From the IMG/VR virus record IMGVR_UViG_3300032050_000010: DNA of 64,000 bases; one strand, 5' to 3'. The stretch is from a virus. This document shows positions 18,796 through 28,349 of this stretch, one piece after another (position 1 is the stretch's first letter; each line of letters opens with the position of its first letter). The position numbers and the translations under genes were made by a program. The notes beneath the pieces were generated by a model. It searched no databases, was not told the origin of the DNA, and was given only the letters and a program-made list of their open reading frames with translations.

Positions 18796-19683
18796 ATGAA
18801 ATTTATCGCACTCATACCTTTTAAGAATGAAGCCAGATTTCTACCGACATGTTTATCAAGCATAACCAATCTTGTAGATCAAGTAATTTGTATTGATGAT
18901 GGGTCAACAGATAACTCAAAAGAAATAGCAAAAAGTTTTGGTTGTGATGTTTATGACAACAACCAACTAAAAGAAGTTGGCTGGCCTGAACATCATATAA
19001 GAAAAACTTTGCTATCTCTTGGTAGAGAAAATAAAGGAACACATTTCCTTTGTTTAGATGCTGATGAAGCAGTGACGTCACAATTCGAAAAAGTTTGTAA
19101 AGATGTTGTTCTTAAAGAACTTAATCCTGGATTAAGTGTAAAAATGCAGTGGCTAGCACTCTGGAAAGACCAAAATTATTTTAGAGATGACAGATCTGTG
19201 TGGAGTAATAACTTTAAGGATTTTATTTTTGCAGACGATGGTCGTGTTTCATATGACTATGAATTTTTACATGTTAAAAGAACACCTGCACTAGGTGGTC
19301 AATTTATGCTTAATCCAAATTATGGCGCCATACTTCACTACCAGTTTGCTGATTGGAGTTCGTTTAATATTAAGCAAGCTGACTACAGATGTTCTGAATT
19401 AATAAATGACCCCGCAGGAGCCGATAGAATTAATGAAACATATTCTATCACATTTGAGAATGTTGATGTTCAACTTAGACCGATTCCTGACGTATGGACA
19501 ACAAGCATAATAAAACCAGATCTAAAAACAGATTATGTTGATTGGAGACTAACACGCATTTTTTCATTTTTTGAAAAATACGGCGTTGAATTTTTTGAAA
19601 AGTTAAACATTTGGCACATTCAAGTTCTTCATGATGAATTTATTAAAAAGACAGGCAGAGAACCTTGCGGGCTGATTAGATGA
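18796..19683 (+). CDS. GT2 glycosyltransferase
   Basis: KNEARFL, IDDGSTDNS, LDADE. Confidence 0.82.
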   Translation: MKFIALIPFKNEARFLPTCLSSITNLVDQVICIDDGSTDNSKEIAKSFGCDVYDNNQLKEVGWPEHHIRKTLLSLGRENKGTHFLCLDADEAVTSQFEKVCKDVVLKELNPGLSVKMQWLALWKDQNYFRDDRSVWSNNFKDFIFADDGRVSYDYEFLHVKRTPALGGQFMLNPNYGAILHYQFADWSSFNIKQADYRCSELINDPAGADRINETYSITFENVDVQLRPIPDVWTTSIIKPDLKTDYVDWRLTRIFSFFEKYGVEFFEKLNIWHIQVLHDEFIKKTGREPCGLIR

Positions 19684-20363
19684 TATCAGTTATTATACCA
19701 GCTTACATACCGACACGCAAACATCATGATCTTTTTCTTAGGGCATTGGATTCATTAGAGAATCAAGTTTTTAAAAAATTTGAAGTCTTATGTGTTTTGA
19801 ATGGATGTTACACAGATTATGACACTATCATTGATAGTGCACAAAGATTTAATCTCGACATAAGATTTCTGTCTCTGGAGGGTAAAGCCTCAGGAGCAAT
19901 CGCAAGAAATTTTGGTATTAAAAATGCGACACACAGTCTTATAGCACAACTTGATGTTGATGATCAATACCATCCAGAAAAGCTATCAAAGCAAATAGAT
20001 TTTTTTGATAGAAATCCAGGCTACGATTTTGTAGGTACATTGGCTTATTGCTATCACGAACCAGATAGAATTGAAGATTCAGGATTTATGCCTGGTCAAT
20101 ACATGACACATAATCAAATTTCTGATGTAATTAATGTAGAAAATATAATGTGTCATGGCACTGTAGTCTTTAGGAGAGATTCTTTCAATGAACTAGGTGG
20201 GTATAATGAAAAAAATAAGCCGGGTGATGTTTGGCCAGAATTAGGAATAAGAATGTGGGAAGATTGGGATCTTTGGCAGCGTGCAATCAAGCACGGCATG
20301 AAATTTTATAATCTTCCAGAAAGGTTGTATTATTGGTCGGTTAATACTAGTGTAGCAAGGTAA
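19680..20363 (+). CDS. GT2 glycosyltransferase
   Basis: ISVIIPAY, ARNFGI, LDVDD, GGYNE, EDWDLW. Confidence 0.88.
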   Translation: MISVIIPAYIPTRKHHDLFLRALDSLENQVFKKFEVLCVLNGCYTDYDTIIDSAQRFNLDIRFLSLEGKASGAIARNFGIKNATHSLIAQLDVDDQYHPEKLSKQIDFFDRNPGYDFVGTLAYCYHEPDRIEDSGFMPGQYMTHNQISDVINVENIMCHGTVVFRRDSFNELGGYNEKNKPGDVWPELGIRMWEDWDLWQRAIKHGMKFYNLPERLYYWSVNTSVAR

Positions 20364-20462
20364 GTTTTTATTCAATATAAATCATTTATTGATAACGCGA
20401 GTTTTGAATTTAAACATTACAAGCAATATTGATAATATATTTGAAGAAATCTTGAGCTAAGA

Positions 20463-21317
20463 ATGAGTAAAGTGATTGTCAAACTCATGGGCGGTCTAGG
20501 GAACCAAATGTTCCAGTACGCTGCTGCTTATAGGGTAGCTAAAAGACGTGGATCGACAATAATATTTGACACAAATTTTCTTGAAGATAGAACAACGAAT
20601 GTTGTGCATAGAGATTTTGATTTATCAATTTTTAAAAATATCAAATGTGAGATCTGTAATGAGCCAGAACAAAATCAAGGAAAATTTATCATAGATGAAG
20701 AAAAATTTTCAATTCTTTTAAATGAAAATCTTCTTGATCAAATCAATCAAGATGTTTACATTAATGGTTTTTTTCAAAGACATGATCTTGTTGATGAAAG
20801 CTTAAAAGACATCTTTGTTTTTGATGATTATGAAAATGATGGTTGCATTGAGATTGATGAATACGCAAGATGTGCTAATTCATTAATGATAAATGTGAGA
20901 AGAAGCGACTATGTTACGAGACCAAGCACAAATGCTTATCATGGCGTGCTCGAGATGAATTATTTCAAGTCTGCAATCAGTAAATTACCATTTGCACATG
21001 ACAAGATTTTCGTATTTTCTGATGATATTGACTGGTGCATTAATAACTTTAATGATTTTAGGAATGTAAGAGTAGTTGAAAGTAATTTATCTGGAACTAA
21101 ATTTAAAGATAAGATACAGATGATGTCAAAATTCTCAAATATGATAATCCCGAATAGCACATTTGCTTGGTGGGCTGCATGGATAGCTGATATGAATGGA
21201 ATATCAAGAAATATCATAGCACCTGGCACATCACTGTGGTTTGCAGGAGAACCAGGTAAATCTGTAGGTCTTATACCTAAAAATTGGAAAACTTTAGAAA
21301 AAGGAGAACTATTATGA
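20463..21317 (+). CDS. GT11 alpha-1,2-fucosyltransferase-like
   Basis: GGLGNQMFQYA, NVRRSDY, VFSDDIDWC, NSTFAWWAAW. Confidence 0.88.
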   Translation: MSKVIVKLMGGLGNQMFQYAAAYRVAKRRGSTIIFDTNFLEDRTTNVVHRDFDLSIFKNIKCEICNEPEQNQGKFIIDEEKFSILLNENLLDQINQDVYINGFFQRHDLVDESLKDIFVFDDYENDGCIEIDEYARCANSLMINVRRSDYVTRPSTNAYHGVLEMNYFKSAISKLPFAHDKIFVFSDDIDWCINNFNDFRNVRVVESNLSGTKFKDKIQMMSKFSNMIIPNSTFAWWAAWIADMNGISRNIIAPGTSLWFAGEPGKSVGLIPKNWKTLEKGELL

Positions 21318-21946
21318 CCGATTATTCACAGTCTGGCGAGAGCCCAATGTTATGGAATATTTTTGAAAAGATTGGAACTAGAAGTAAATTTGCAGTTGAA
21401 TTTGGAGCATCTGATGGTTTCTGGCTTTCAAATATACGAATGTTTCTAGAAAATGGCTGGAATGGCTTACAAATGGAAGGTATTTCTGAGCCAAAGAATA
21501 ATGTAAAAAATGAGTTTATAACTAAGGAAAATATAAATTCACTATTTGAGAAGTATGAAGTCCCTAAAAATCTAGATTTGCTCTCTATTGACATAGATGG
21601 AAATGACTATTGGATATGGGAAAGTATCAATTATAGTCCTGCTGTTGTAATCATAGAATATAATTGCAACTTTCATAAAGACGTTTCTGTCGCACTTGAG
21701 TATGATGTAAATCATAGATTTGACGGTTCGCACGCTTATGCAGCATCATTCAGAGCATATGATAACCTAGCAAGACAAAAAGGATATTACTTCTATGGTG
21801 AAACAGCGTATACAAATTTGATATTTGTAAGAGAAGAATACAGAGAAGTACTAGGCACGCACCCAAGCATTCGTAATGTAGAAGATCTGCCGATAAAAAT
21901 GCATGGTGGAACGCTCCCGCCTCACAAGCGTTTCATAGGAGTTTGA
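21314..21946 (+). CDS. FkbM-like methyltransferase
   Basis: YSQSGE, VEFGASDG, LSIDIDGNDYWIW. AAGGAG RBS before ATG 21314. Confidence 0.78.
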   Translation: MTDYSQSGESPMLWNIFEKIGTRSKFAVEFGASDGFWLSNIRMFLENGWNGLQMEGISEPKNNVKNEFITKENINSLFEKYEVPKNLDLLSIDIDGNDYWIWESINYSPAVVIIEYNCNFHKDVSVALEYDVNHRFDGSHAYAASFRAYDNLARQKGYYFYGETAYTNLIFVREEYREVLGTHPSIRNVEDLPIKMHGGTLPPHKRFIGV

Positions 21947-21947
21947 T

Positions 21948-22490
21948 GTGACAGCATCAAAAGATTTTTTCAAAAAATTTCCAGGTGATATCTGGGTAGA
22001 AACAGGAACATACTTTGGTGATGGTATTGCACAAGCTCTGGACGCAGGCTTTGAGAGAATTATTAGCATTGAGCTTAGTAAAAGTTTTTATGAAGATGCT
22101 GTAAAAAGATTTCTTAATAATAAGAATGTACAGATTATAAATGCAAGAGCACATGATGTTCTTTTTGATGTACTTAATGACTTGCCTAATGAGAAAATAG
22201 TTTTTTGGCTTGACGCACACTATAGCATGTGTGGTACAGCTGGTGAAGATGATCCAAATCCTATTTTGAAAGAATTAGACGCAATCAAAAGATGGAAAAA
22301 GTCTACTAATTCTCAAACTCCTACTATTTTAATTGATGACATGAGAACTTTCACTTATGATAATTGTGGATTTTCTGAAAAAGAGATATTAGCAGCCCTG
22401 TCTGAGATTGACGTTAATTATCAGTTTAGAAAAGAAGACGGGATGAATGAAAATTTCTTAAATGATGTATTAGTTGCATCTGTAAGTTAA
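21948..22490 (+). CDS. Class I SAM-dependent methyltransferase-like
   Basis: VETGTYFGDG, IISIEL, FWLDAH, ILIDD. Confidence 0.7.
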   Translation: MTASKDFFKKFPGDIWVETGTYFGDGIAQALDAGFERIISIELSKSFYEDAVKRFLNNKNVQIINARAHDVLFDVLNDLPNEKIVFWLDAHYSMCGTAGEDDPNPILKELDAIKRWKKSTNSQTPTILIDDMRTFTYDNCGFSEKEILAALSEIDVNYQFRKEDGMNENFLNDVLVASVS

Positions 22491-22500
22491 AATCCTAATT

Positions 22501-23433
22501 ATGAAAGAAAAAGTTGTAACAGGATGCACAGGTTTACTTGGAAGTGAAATTTTAAGTGCAATACCTACTGCTATTGGAATTAATTCCAATATCTGCGACC
22601 TCACTGAATCGAATCACGCCATCCTCACTTTGGAAGATGGACAAGTAGATGCAGTTATTCATTGCGCAGCTCGTGTCGGTGGCGTGAAATCAAACATCGA
22701 CCACGTTGCTGATTTCTTTGACGACAACGTGAAGATGAACATGAACGTTCTGGATGCGTGTCGTGAGAGGAACTTGAAGCTTGTCTCCGTGCTCTCGACC
22801 TGCATCTATCCAGACGCGCCCTACGTGAAGTATCCGCTCACTGAGGACCAGCTTCACATGGGTCCACCACACCCGTCAAACTTCGGGTATGCTTACGCAA
22901 AGAGGATGCTGGAGGTCCAGAGCAGAGCTTACCGACAACAGTTCGGTTGTAACTTTATTTCAGTCATTCCCAATAACCTCTATGGATTGAACGATAATTA
23001 CGATCTCAACGGGGGGCATGTCATTCCTGCACTCATTCGCAAGTTCCACGAGGCGATGCTTGAAGGCAGGCATGAGGTCATTGTCTGGGGGACTGGGCGC
23101 CCAATACGAGAGTTCACTTTTGCTCGGGACGCAGCTAAGATCATCCTATGGCTTGAAGAAAACTATGATGGTGATGAACCTGTCAACATTGGCAATCCTG
23201 ATTGGGTCTCTATTGAACAGCTTTCTCTGATGATCGGAGAAGAAATTGGATTTGAGGGGCATGTCAAATTTGACACGTCAAAGCCAGATGGGCAATATGA
23301 GAAGCCATCATCAAACAATAAGCTTAGATCTCTTGGCTGGAACGGAGAATATACGCCGCTTCGTGTTGGCCTAAAAGAAACAATTAAATCATTTCAAGAG
23401 AGATACCCAAATATCAGGGGTGTTAGAATATAA
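22501..23433 (+). CDS. fcl: GDP-L-fucose synthase
   Basis: [25 protein letters not shown]...[24 protein letters not shown]. Confidence 0.9.
   Translation: MKEKVVTGCTGLLGSEILSAIPTAIGINSNICDLTESNHAILTLEDGQVDAVIHCAARVGGVKSNIDHVADFFDDNVKMNMNVLDACRERNLKLVSVLSTCIYPDAPYVKYPLTEDQLHMGPPHPSNFGYAYAKRMLEVQSRAYRQQFGCNFISVIPNNLYGLNDNYDLNGGHVIPALIRKFHEAMLEGRHEVIVWGTGRPIREFTFARDAAKIILWLEENYDGDEPVNIGNPDWVSIEQLSLMIGEEIGFEGHVKFDTSKPDGQYEKPSSNNKLRSLGWNGEYTPLRVGLKETIKSFQERYPNIRGVRI
23421..23429 (+). promoter_or_regulatory. Extended -10 promoter TGnTAGAAT, leaderless for gmd
   Basis: TGTTAGAAT ends 6 nt before ATG 23436; no RBS in between. Confidence 0.5.
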
Positions 23434-23435
23434 GC

Positions 23436-24410
23436 ATGAAATCTGCTTTAATTACAGGTGTAACTGGTCAAGATGGATCTTATCTTGCAGAGCTACTTCT
23501 TGAAAAGGGCTACAATGTAACTGGAATGAAACGAAGGACGTCGCTCTTGTCAACTGACAGAATCGACCATCTTCTTGAACATCCAAACTTTCAACTTGTA
23601 TATGGTTCTATGAATGATGCAGGAGCTTTCTATCGCTTATTTGTAACATATAAGTTTGATGAAGTCTACAACCTAGCTGCACAATCACATGTTCGGGTCT
23701 CATTTGAAGTTCCAGAAGAGACTGTAGATGCAGTTGCAATGGGGCCACTTCGTCTTCTTGAGTGCATCCGGACCATGCAACCCCAGTGTCGTTTCTACCA
23801 GGCATCCTCATCTGAGATGTACGGTGACAACCCAGAACACCCACAGAGTGAAGAGACACGTCTCATGCCAGCATCTCCTTATGCCTGCGCCAAGGTCTTT
23901 GCCCATGGTCTCACTCGAAACTACAGAGAGGGTTACGGTATCCACGCATCTTCCGGCATCCTCTTCAACCACGAGAGCCCTCGCCGTGGTGAGACATTCG
24001 TTACACGCAAGATCACTCTTGCGGCAGCCCGGATCAAACTCGGTCTGCAGGAAAAGATTGCCCTCGGCAATCTCGATGCTCTTCGTGACTGGGGATACGC
24101 AAAGGACTACGTCGAGGCAATGTGGCTTATGCTCCAGCAGGACAAGCCAGATGACTACGTTGTTGCCACCGGTGAGACGCACACTGTCAGGGAGTTCCTA
24201 AATGAGGTCTTTGACATTGCAGGTCTTGATGTCGAAAAGCATCTGGTCATTGATGACAGACTGAAGAGACCTCATGAAGTACCATGGCTCGAGGGAGACT
24301 ACGCAAAGGCAAAGGAAAAGTTGGGTTGGGAACCAAAGACCACTTTTAAGAGTCTTGCAAAGTTAATGTATGAAACAGACTTAGCAAAAGAAACTGAGAA
24401 AATTAGATGA
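23436..24410 (+). CDS. gmd: GDP-mannose 4,6-dehydratase
   Basis: [61 protein letters not shown]. Confidence 0.96.
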   Translation: MKSALITGVTGQDGSYLAELLLEKGYNVTGMKRRTSLLSTDRIDHLLEHPNFQLVYGSMNDAGAFYRLFVTYKFDEVYNLAAQSHVRVSFEVPEETVDAVAMGPLRLLECIRTMQPQCRFYQASSSEMYGDNPEHPQSEETRLMPASPYACAKVFAHGLTRNYREGYGIHASSGILFNHESPRRGETFVTRKITLAAARIKLGLQEKIALGNLDALRDWGYAKDYVEAMWLMLQQDKPDDYVVATGETHTVREFLNEVFDIAGLDVEKHLVIDDRLKRPHEVPWLEGDYAKAKEKLGWEPKTTFKSLAKLMYETDLAKETEKIR

Positions 24411-25360
24411 GTATAGCTGTTATTGGTCAAGGATTTGTAGGAGGAAGTCTTACTACGGTCTTTGCTGAGCGTGGATTTGACGTCTATGCCTACGACAAAT
24501 CTGGAAGATACGCAAAGGGAGCATTGCCTAGTCATGGAGACTTTGCAGCCGGTTATCCAAGCTCCATTAAAGAGCTGGTACTAGATAATGAAGGTGGCGG
24601 AACGCCAGGCTTCTCGAATGTATACTTTGTCTGCCTTCCTACACCCATGTTCGAAGACGGTGCAGCAGACCTCAGCATTGTTGAGAGTGTCCTCGAAGAA
24701 TTAGCTTCAATTCCAGGAGAAAGAATTGCTGTTGTTAAATCTACAGTTCCTCCAGGATCTACAGAAGCATGGAATGAAAGATTTGGCCCGCAAGGGCTTC
24801 ATGTCATTTTCAATCCTGAATTTTTGACAGAAGCAAACGCATTGGAAGACATGCGTAATCAAAATCGAATTATCCTTGGTGGTCCTCGCCCGTGGATTAA
24901 TGAGGTAAAACAGATCTTCCAGACAGCATTCCCAAGAGTTCCTGTTATTAAGACATCTTCTACTACAGCGGAGATGGTAAAGTATGTAACAAATTGTATG
25001 CTCGCTGTGAAGGTCTCATTTGCAAATGAAGTTGCACAGATCTGCGAAGCTCTTGATAAAGATGGGTGCAACATTGACTATGACAAAGTTGTTGAGTATG
25101 CCAAAGTTGATCGTCGCCTCGGCGATACACATTGGTCAGTACCCGGACCTGTTCCTACTCACGATGGTCGATATGTTCGAGGCTTCGGCGGACACTGCTT
25201 CCCAAAGGATATTAATGCTCTCATGAGCGTTGCACGCCAGCATGGAATTGATCCAAAGGTAATGCAGGCTGCTTGGGATAAAAATCTTGAAGTTCGTGCC
25301 CCAGATGATCGTGACTGGGAGCAGCAAGTGGGACGTGCTGTTAGCAAGAGGAAACAGTAA
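24407..25360 (+). CDS. UDP-glucose/GDP-mannose dehydrogenase family (no C-terminal domain)
   Basis: [41 protein letters not shown]. Confidence 0.88.
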   Translation: MSIAVIGQGFVGGSLTTVFAERGFDVYAYDKSGRYAKGALPSHGDFAAGYPSSIKELVLDNEGGGTPGFSNVYFVCLPTPMFEDGAADLSIVESVLEELASIPGERIAVVKSTVPPGSTEAWNERFGPQGLHVIFNPEFLTEANALEDMRNQNRIILGGPRPWINEVKQIFQTAFPRVPVIKTSSTTAEMVKYVTNCMLAVKVSFANEVAQICEALDKDGCNIDYDKVVEYAKVDRRLGDTHWSVPGPVPTHDGRYVRGFGGHCFPKDINALMSVARQHGIDPKVMQAAWDKNLEVRAPDDRDWEQQVGRAVSKRKQ

Positions 25361-26253
25361 TGAAAGCGTTAGTAACTGGAGGGGCTGGATTTATCGGCTC
25401 CCACATTGTTGACGCATTAATTTCCCGTGGTGATGAAGTTGTCTGCATCGATGACCAATCAGCCCCACAGAATGAGACATTCTACTGGAACCAGAAAGCG
25501 CTTAATATCATTGATGACATCAGAGATGAAAATCTAAGAAAGTATTATGTCGATGTCGATGTTGTCTTTCACCTTGCGGCACGTTCTCGAATTCAACCAA
25601 CTGTGAACAATCCATCTGAGTGCTTCTCTGTCAACGTGCTGGGAACGCAAGAAGTCCTTGAGGCAAGCAGAATTTGTGGTGTGAAGCGCGTCGTATACTC
25701 AGCATCTTCATCATACTACGGTCATGCCTCAAAACCTCCATTTCTTGAATACGCTCCGAAAGGGTGCGCAACTCCTTACTCACTTTCTAAGTGGCAAGGT
25801 GAAGAAGTCTGCGATCTATACACAAAACTGTACGGTCTCTCGACAATCTCGCTTAGATACTTCAATGTCTATGGCCCACGCGAGCCTTTAAAGGGAGAAT
25901 ATGCGCCCGTAATGGGCTTATTTCTTCGACAGAGAGCGGCAGGTCAACCAATGACTATTGTGGGTGATGGAAGGCAGAGGCGTGACTTTACTCACATTGT
26001 TGATGTAGTTGCTGCGAACTTACAGGCAGCAGATAAGATTGGTGTGACAGGTCCTGTGAATATTGGTACTGGGCGAAACTACTCGATCAATGACCTTGCC
26101 GACATGATTGGTGGAAACCGGGTTTATGTACCAGAGCGTGTGGGCGAGACACGAGAGACGCTTGCAAATAACATGAGAGCCCGTGAAGAGCTTAAGTGGC
26201 AACCTAGAATTTCTCTACGTGACTATCTCAATGAAAAAGTTGAGAACATATAG
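25360..26253 (+). CDS. NAD-dependent nucleotide-sugar epimerase/dehydratase
   Basis: TGGAGFIGSH, YSLSK, RYFNVYGP, GDGRQRRDFTH. Confidence 0.92.
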   Translation: MKALVTGGAGFIGSHIVDALISRGDEVVCIDDQSAPQNETFYWNQKALNIIDDIRDENLRKYYVDVDVVFHLAARSRIQPTVNNPSECFSVNVLGTQEVLEASRICGVKRVVYSASSSYYGHASKPPFLEYAPKGCATPYSLSKWQGEEVCDLYTKLYGLSTISLRYFNVYGPREPLKGEYAPVMGLFLRQRAAGQPMTIVGDGRQRRDFTHIVDVVAANLQAADKIGVTGPVNIGTGRNYSINDLADMIGGNRVYVPERVGETRETLANNMRAREELKWQPRISLRDYLNEKVENI

Positions 26254-26265
26254 TATTATTAGAAC

Positions 26266-27081
26266 GTGACTACGTTCCCAACTGGCAAACCACACGTATC
26301 CTACTCTGAAGTCAAGACATGGAAAGAGTGCCCATGGCGACACAAGCTTGTCTATATTGACAAGATCGACATGTTCAAACCAAGCCCAAACATTGACTTT
26401 GGAACAATTGTCCACGCTGAACTTGAGGATTATCTAGAGCATAGAACTTTCAACCTTGACCGCATGCGTAATGCCATCACGACCACATGGCAGCAGAAGG
26501 GTTTTGAGAAGCCAGAAAACTGGATTAAAGAAGCTGAACAGATCCTAGCTGAGATCCCGCAGTTTCTCGATGACACATTTCCTGATTGGCAGTTCATGGC
26601 GTCAGAGCATGAACTTTACGAAGAGATCCCAGGATCTGATGTCAAGTTCAAGGGTTTCGTTGACGCGATGTTTCGAGCAAAGAACTCGCGCGGTAAAGAG
26701 ATCCTCTGGATCGCTGACTGGAAGACGACATCTGCACGAGGCTGGTCAACTGACAAGAAGCAAGATTTTATCTATCAGGCACAAATTGCACTCTACAAGT
26801 ACTTCTGCTCAAGGAAGTTTGATCTGGATGCAAAAGAGATCAAATGCGGTTTCGTCCTGCTGAAGCGTGGGGCAAAGCCCGGCAAGGCGTGCGAGCTTGT
26901 CGAGGTGTCTGTGGGGCCGAAAGCGTTCGAGAAAGCAACTAAGATGGTCAATTCTATGATCGCAGGCGTCAAGGCAAACAAGCCGATCAAGAATAGGATG
27001 TCTTGCACTTACTGTGACTACAAAAATACTGAGCATTGCAGTGGCTCAAGTGAGTTTGCAGCGTTTACCTCTTATAAATAG
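26266..27081 (+). CDS. Cas4/AddB-like PD-(D/E)XK exonuclease with probable Fe-S cluster
   Basis: ECP, FGTIVH, GFVD, IADWKT, QIALY, C-terminal CTYC-x7-C. Confidence 0.85.
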   Translation: MTTFPTGKPHVSYSEVKTWKECPWRHKLVYIDKIDMFKPSPNIDFGTIVHAELEDYLEHRTFNLDRMRNAITTTWQQKGFEKPENWIKEAEQILAEIPQFLDDTFPDWQFMASEHELYEEIPGSDVKFKGFVDAMFRAKNSRGKEILWIADWKTTSARGWSTDKKQDFIYQAQIALYKYFCSRKFDLDAKEIKCGFVLLKRGAKPGKACELVEVSVGPKAFEKATKMVNSMIAGVKANKPIKNRMSCTYCDYKNTEHCSGSSEFAAFTSYK

Positions 27082-27104
27082 GTGGTTATTATTGAAATAA
27101 CCAC
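27082..27104. promoter_or_regulatory. Perfect 9-bp inverted repeat abutting a start codon
   Basis: GTGGTTATT-attga-AATAACCAC immediately before ATG 27105. Confidence 0.55.
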
Positions 27105-28349
27105 ATGCAGAAGAAAAAAATCATCGTCCTATCGGATCATGCGCTCTCAACATCTGGCGTAGGCACACAGACACGACACTTGCTCAACGGCCTCGTTAAG
27201 AAGGGTGAGTGGACGTTCAGACAGTTCGGTGCCGCCATGAAGCACAACGACTACCGAACTATCGTCGTGAATGAAGATCTCATTATCAAGCCAATTGATG
27301 GTTTTGGTAATAGAGATCTTATTCGTGTTACACTCGCAACTGAGAAGCCAGATGCTATTCTGATCTTCACAGATCCACGTTTTTTCATCTGGCTCTTTGA
27401 GATGGAGGATGAGGTGCATCAGATGTGTCCCATCCTGTGGTGGCACGTTTGGGATAATCATCCATATCCAAAGTTCAATGAGACGCTGTACCAATCCACA
27501 GATTTGATCAACTGTCACTCGTACATGACGTATGAGATGATTAAGGATCGTTTTCCTGACCGGACGAACTTTATTCCCCATGCAATTCCTGATGATGTTT
27601 TCTTTCCATTGAATGATGTAGAGCGCGCCAACTATAAGCGCAACTTGCTCGGCTCCAATAGAATGGATCATTTCGTTGGCATCTGGGTCAACAGAAATGC
27701 AAGGCGAAAGCGCCCATCAGACGTTCTTGCAGCATGGAAGCAGATGCTCGATAAGATGCAGAGAGAAGACGGTCACAAGAAAGCAACGTTGATCATGCAC
27801 ACAGATCCGCTCGATCAAGAGGGGCCAAATCTCTTTGCCGTTGCCGAAGAGTTTGGCATCATGGACAACGTGTTCTTCTCAAAGGATCGCATTGAATTTG
27901 ACAAGATGAACGTCCTATACAATATCTCAGATTGCTGCATCAACATATCCTACGCCGAGGGCTTCGGTTTGGGAACTCTCGAAGCAATGCAAGCAGGAAC
28001 ACCGATTGTTGCTGTCAAGACAGGAGGCCTAACTCGTCAAGTTGTGGATCACAGAGACGGTTCAGAGAACGGGGTCGCTCTGCCTGTTGAACTCCAGACA
28101 CTCGTAGGATCACAGATGGTGCCCTATATCTACGAGGATTACGTCACTATAGAGACTGCTGCCGAAGGCCTCTATAAGCTCTTTAAGAAGTCACCTGAAG
28201 AGAAGAATGAGCTTCGCAAGAAGGTGAGAGATTATGCACTATCTCAATTTTCTTACCAGAAGACGGTTGACGACTGGCACCAGACAATGAAAGATACAAT
28301 AGAGAACTGGAGAAACACCTACAAGCGCTGGGAGGCCAAGGAGATCTAA
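27105..28349 (+). CDS. GT4 glycosyltransferase
   Basis: SGVGTQT, VNRNARRK, AEGFGLGTLEAMQAGTPIV. Confidence 0.9.
   Translation: MQKKKIIVLSDHALSTSGVGTQTRHLLNGLVKKGEWTFRQFGAAMKHNDYRTIVVNEDLIIKPIDGFGNRDLIRVTLATEKPDAILIFTDPRFFIWLFEMEDEVHQMCPILWWHVWDNHPYPKFNETLYQSTDLINCHSYMTYEMIKDRFPDRTNFIPHAIPDDVFFPLNDVERANYKRNLLGSNRMDHFVGIWVNRNARRKRPSDVLAAWKQMLDKMQREDGHKKATLIMHTDPLDQEGPNLFAVAEEFGIMDNVFFSKDRIEFDKMNVLYNISDCCINISYAEGFGLGTLEAMQAGTPIVAVKTGGLTRQVVDHRDGSENGVALPVELQTLVGSQMVPYIYEDYVTIETAAEGLYKLFKKSPEEKNELRKKVRDYALSQFSYQKTVDDWHQTMKDTIENWRNTYKRWEAKEI

Noticed and set aside
12209-26253. Bacterial O-antigen or capsule locus
   Set aside because: No flippase, polymerase, exporter or initiating transferase; embedded seamlessly among phage genes.
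26266-27081. CRISPR-Cas locus suggested by the Cas4-like gene
   Set aside because: No repeat-spacer array and no cas1, cas2 or effector genes were seen.
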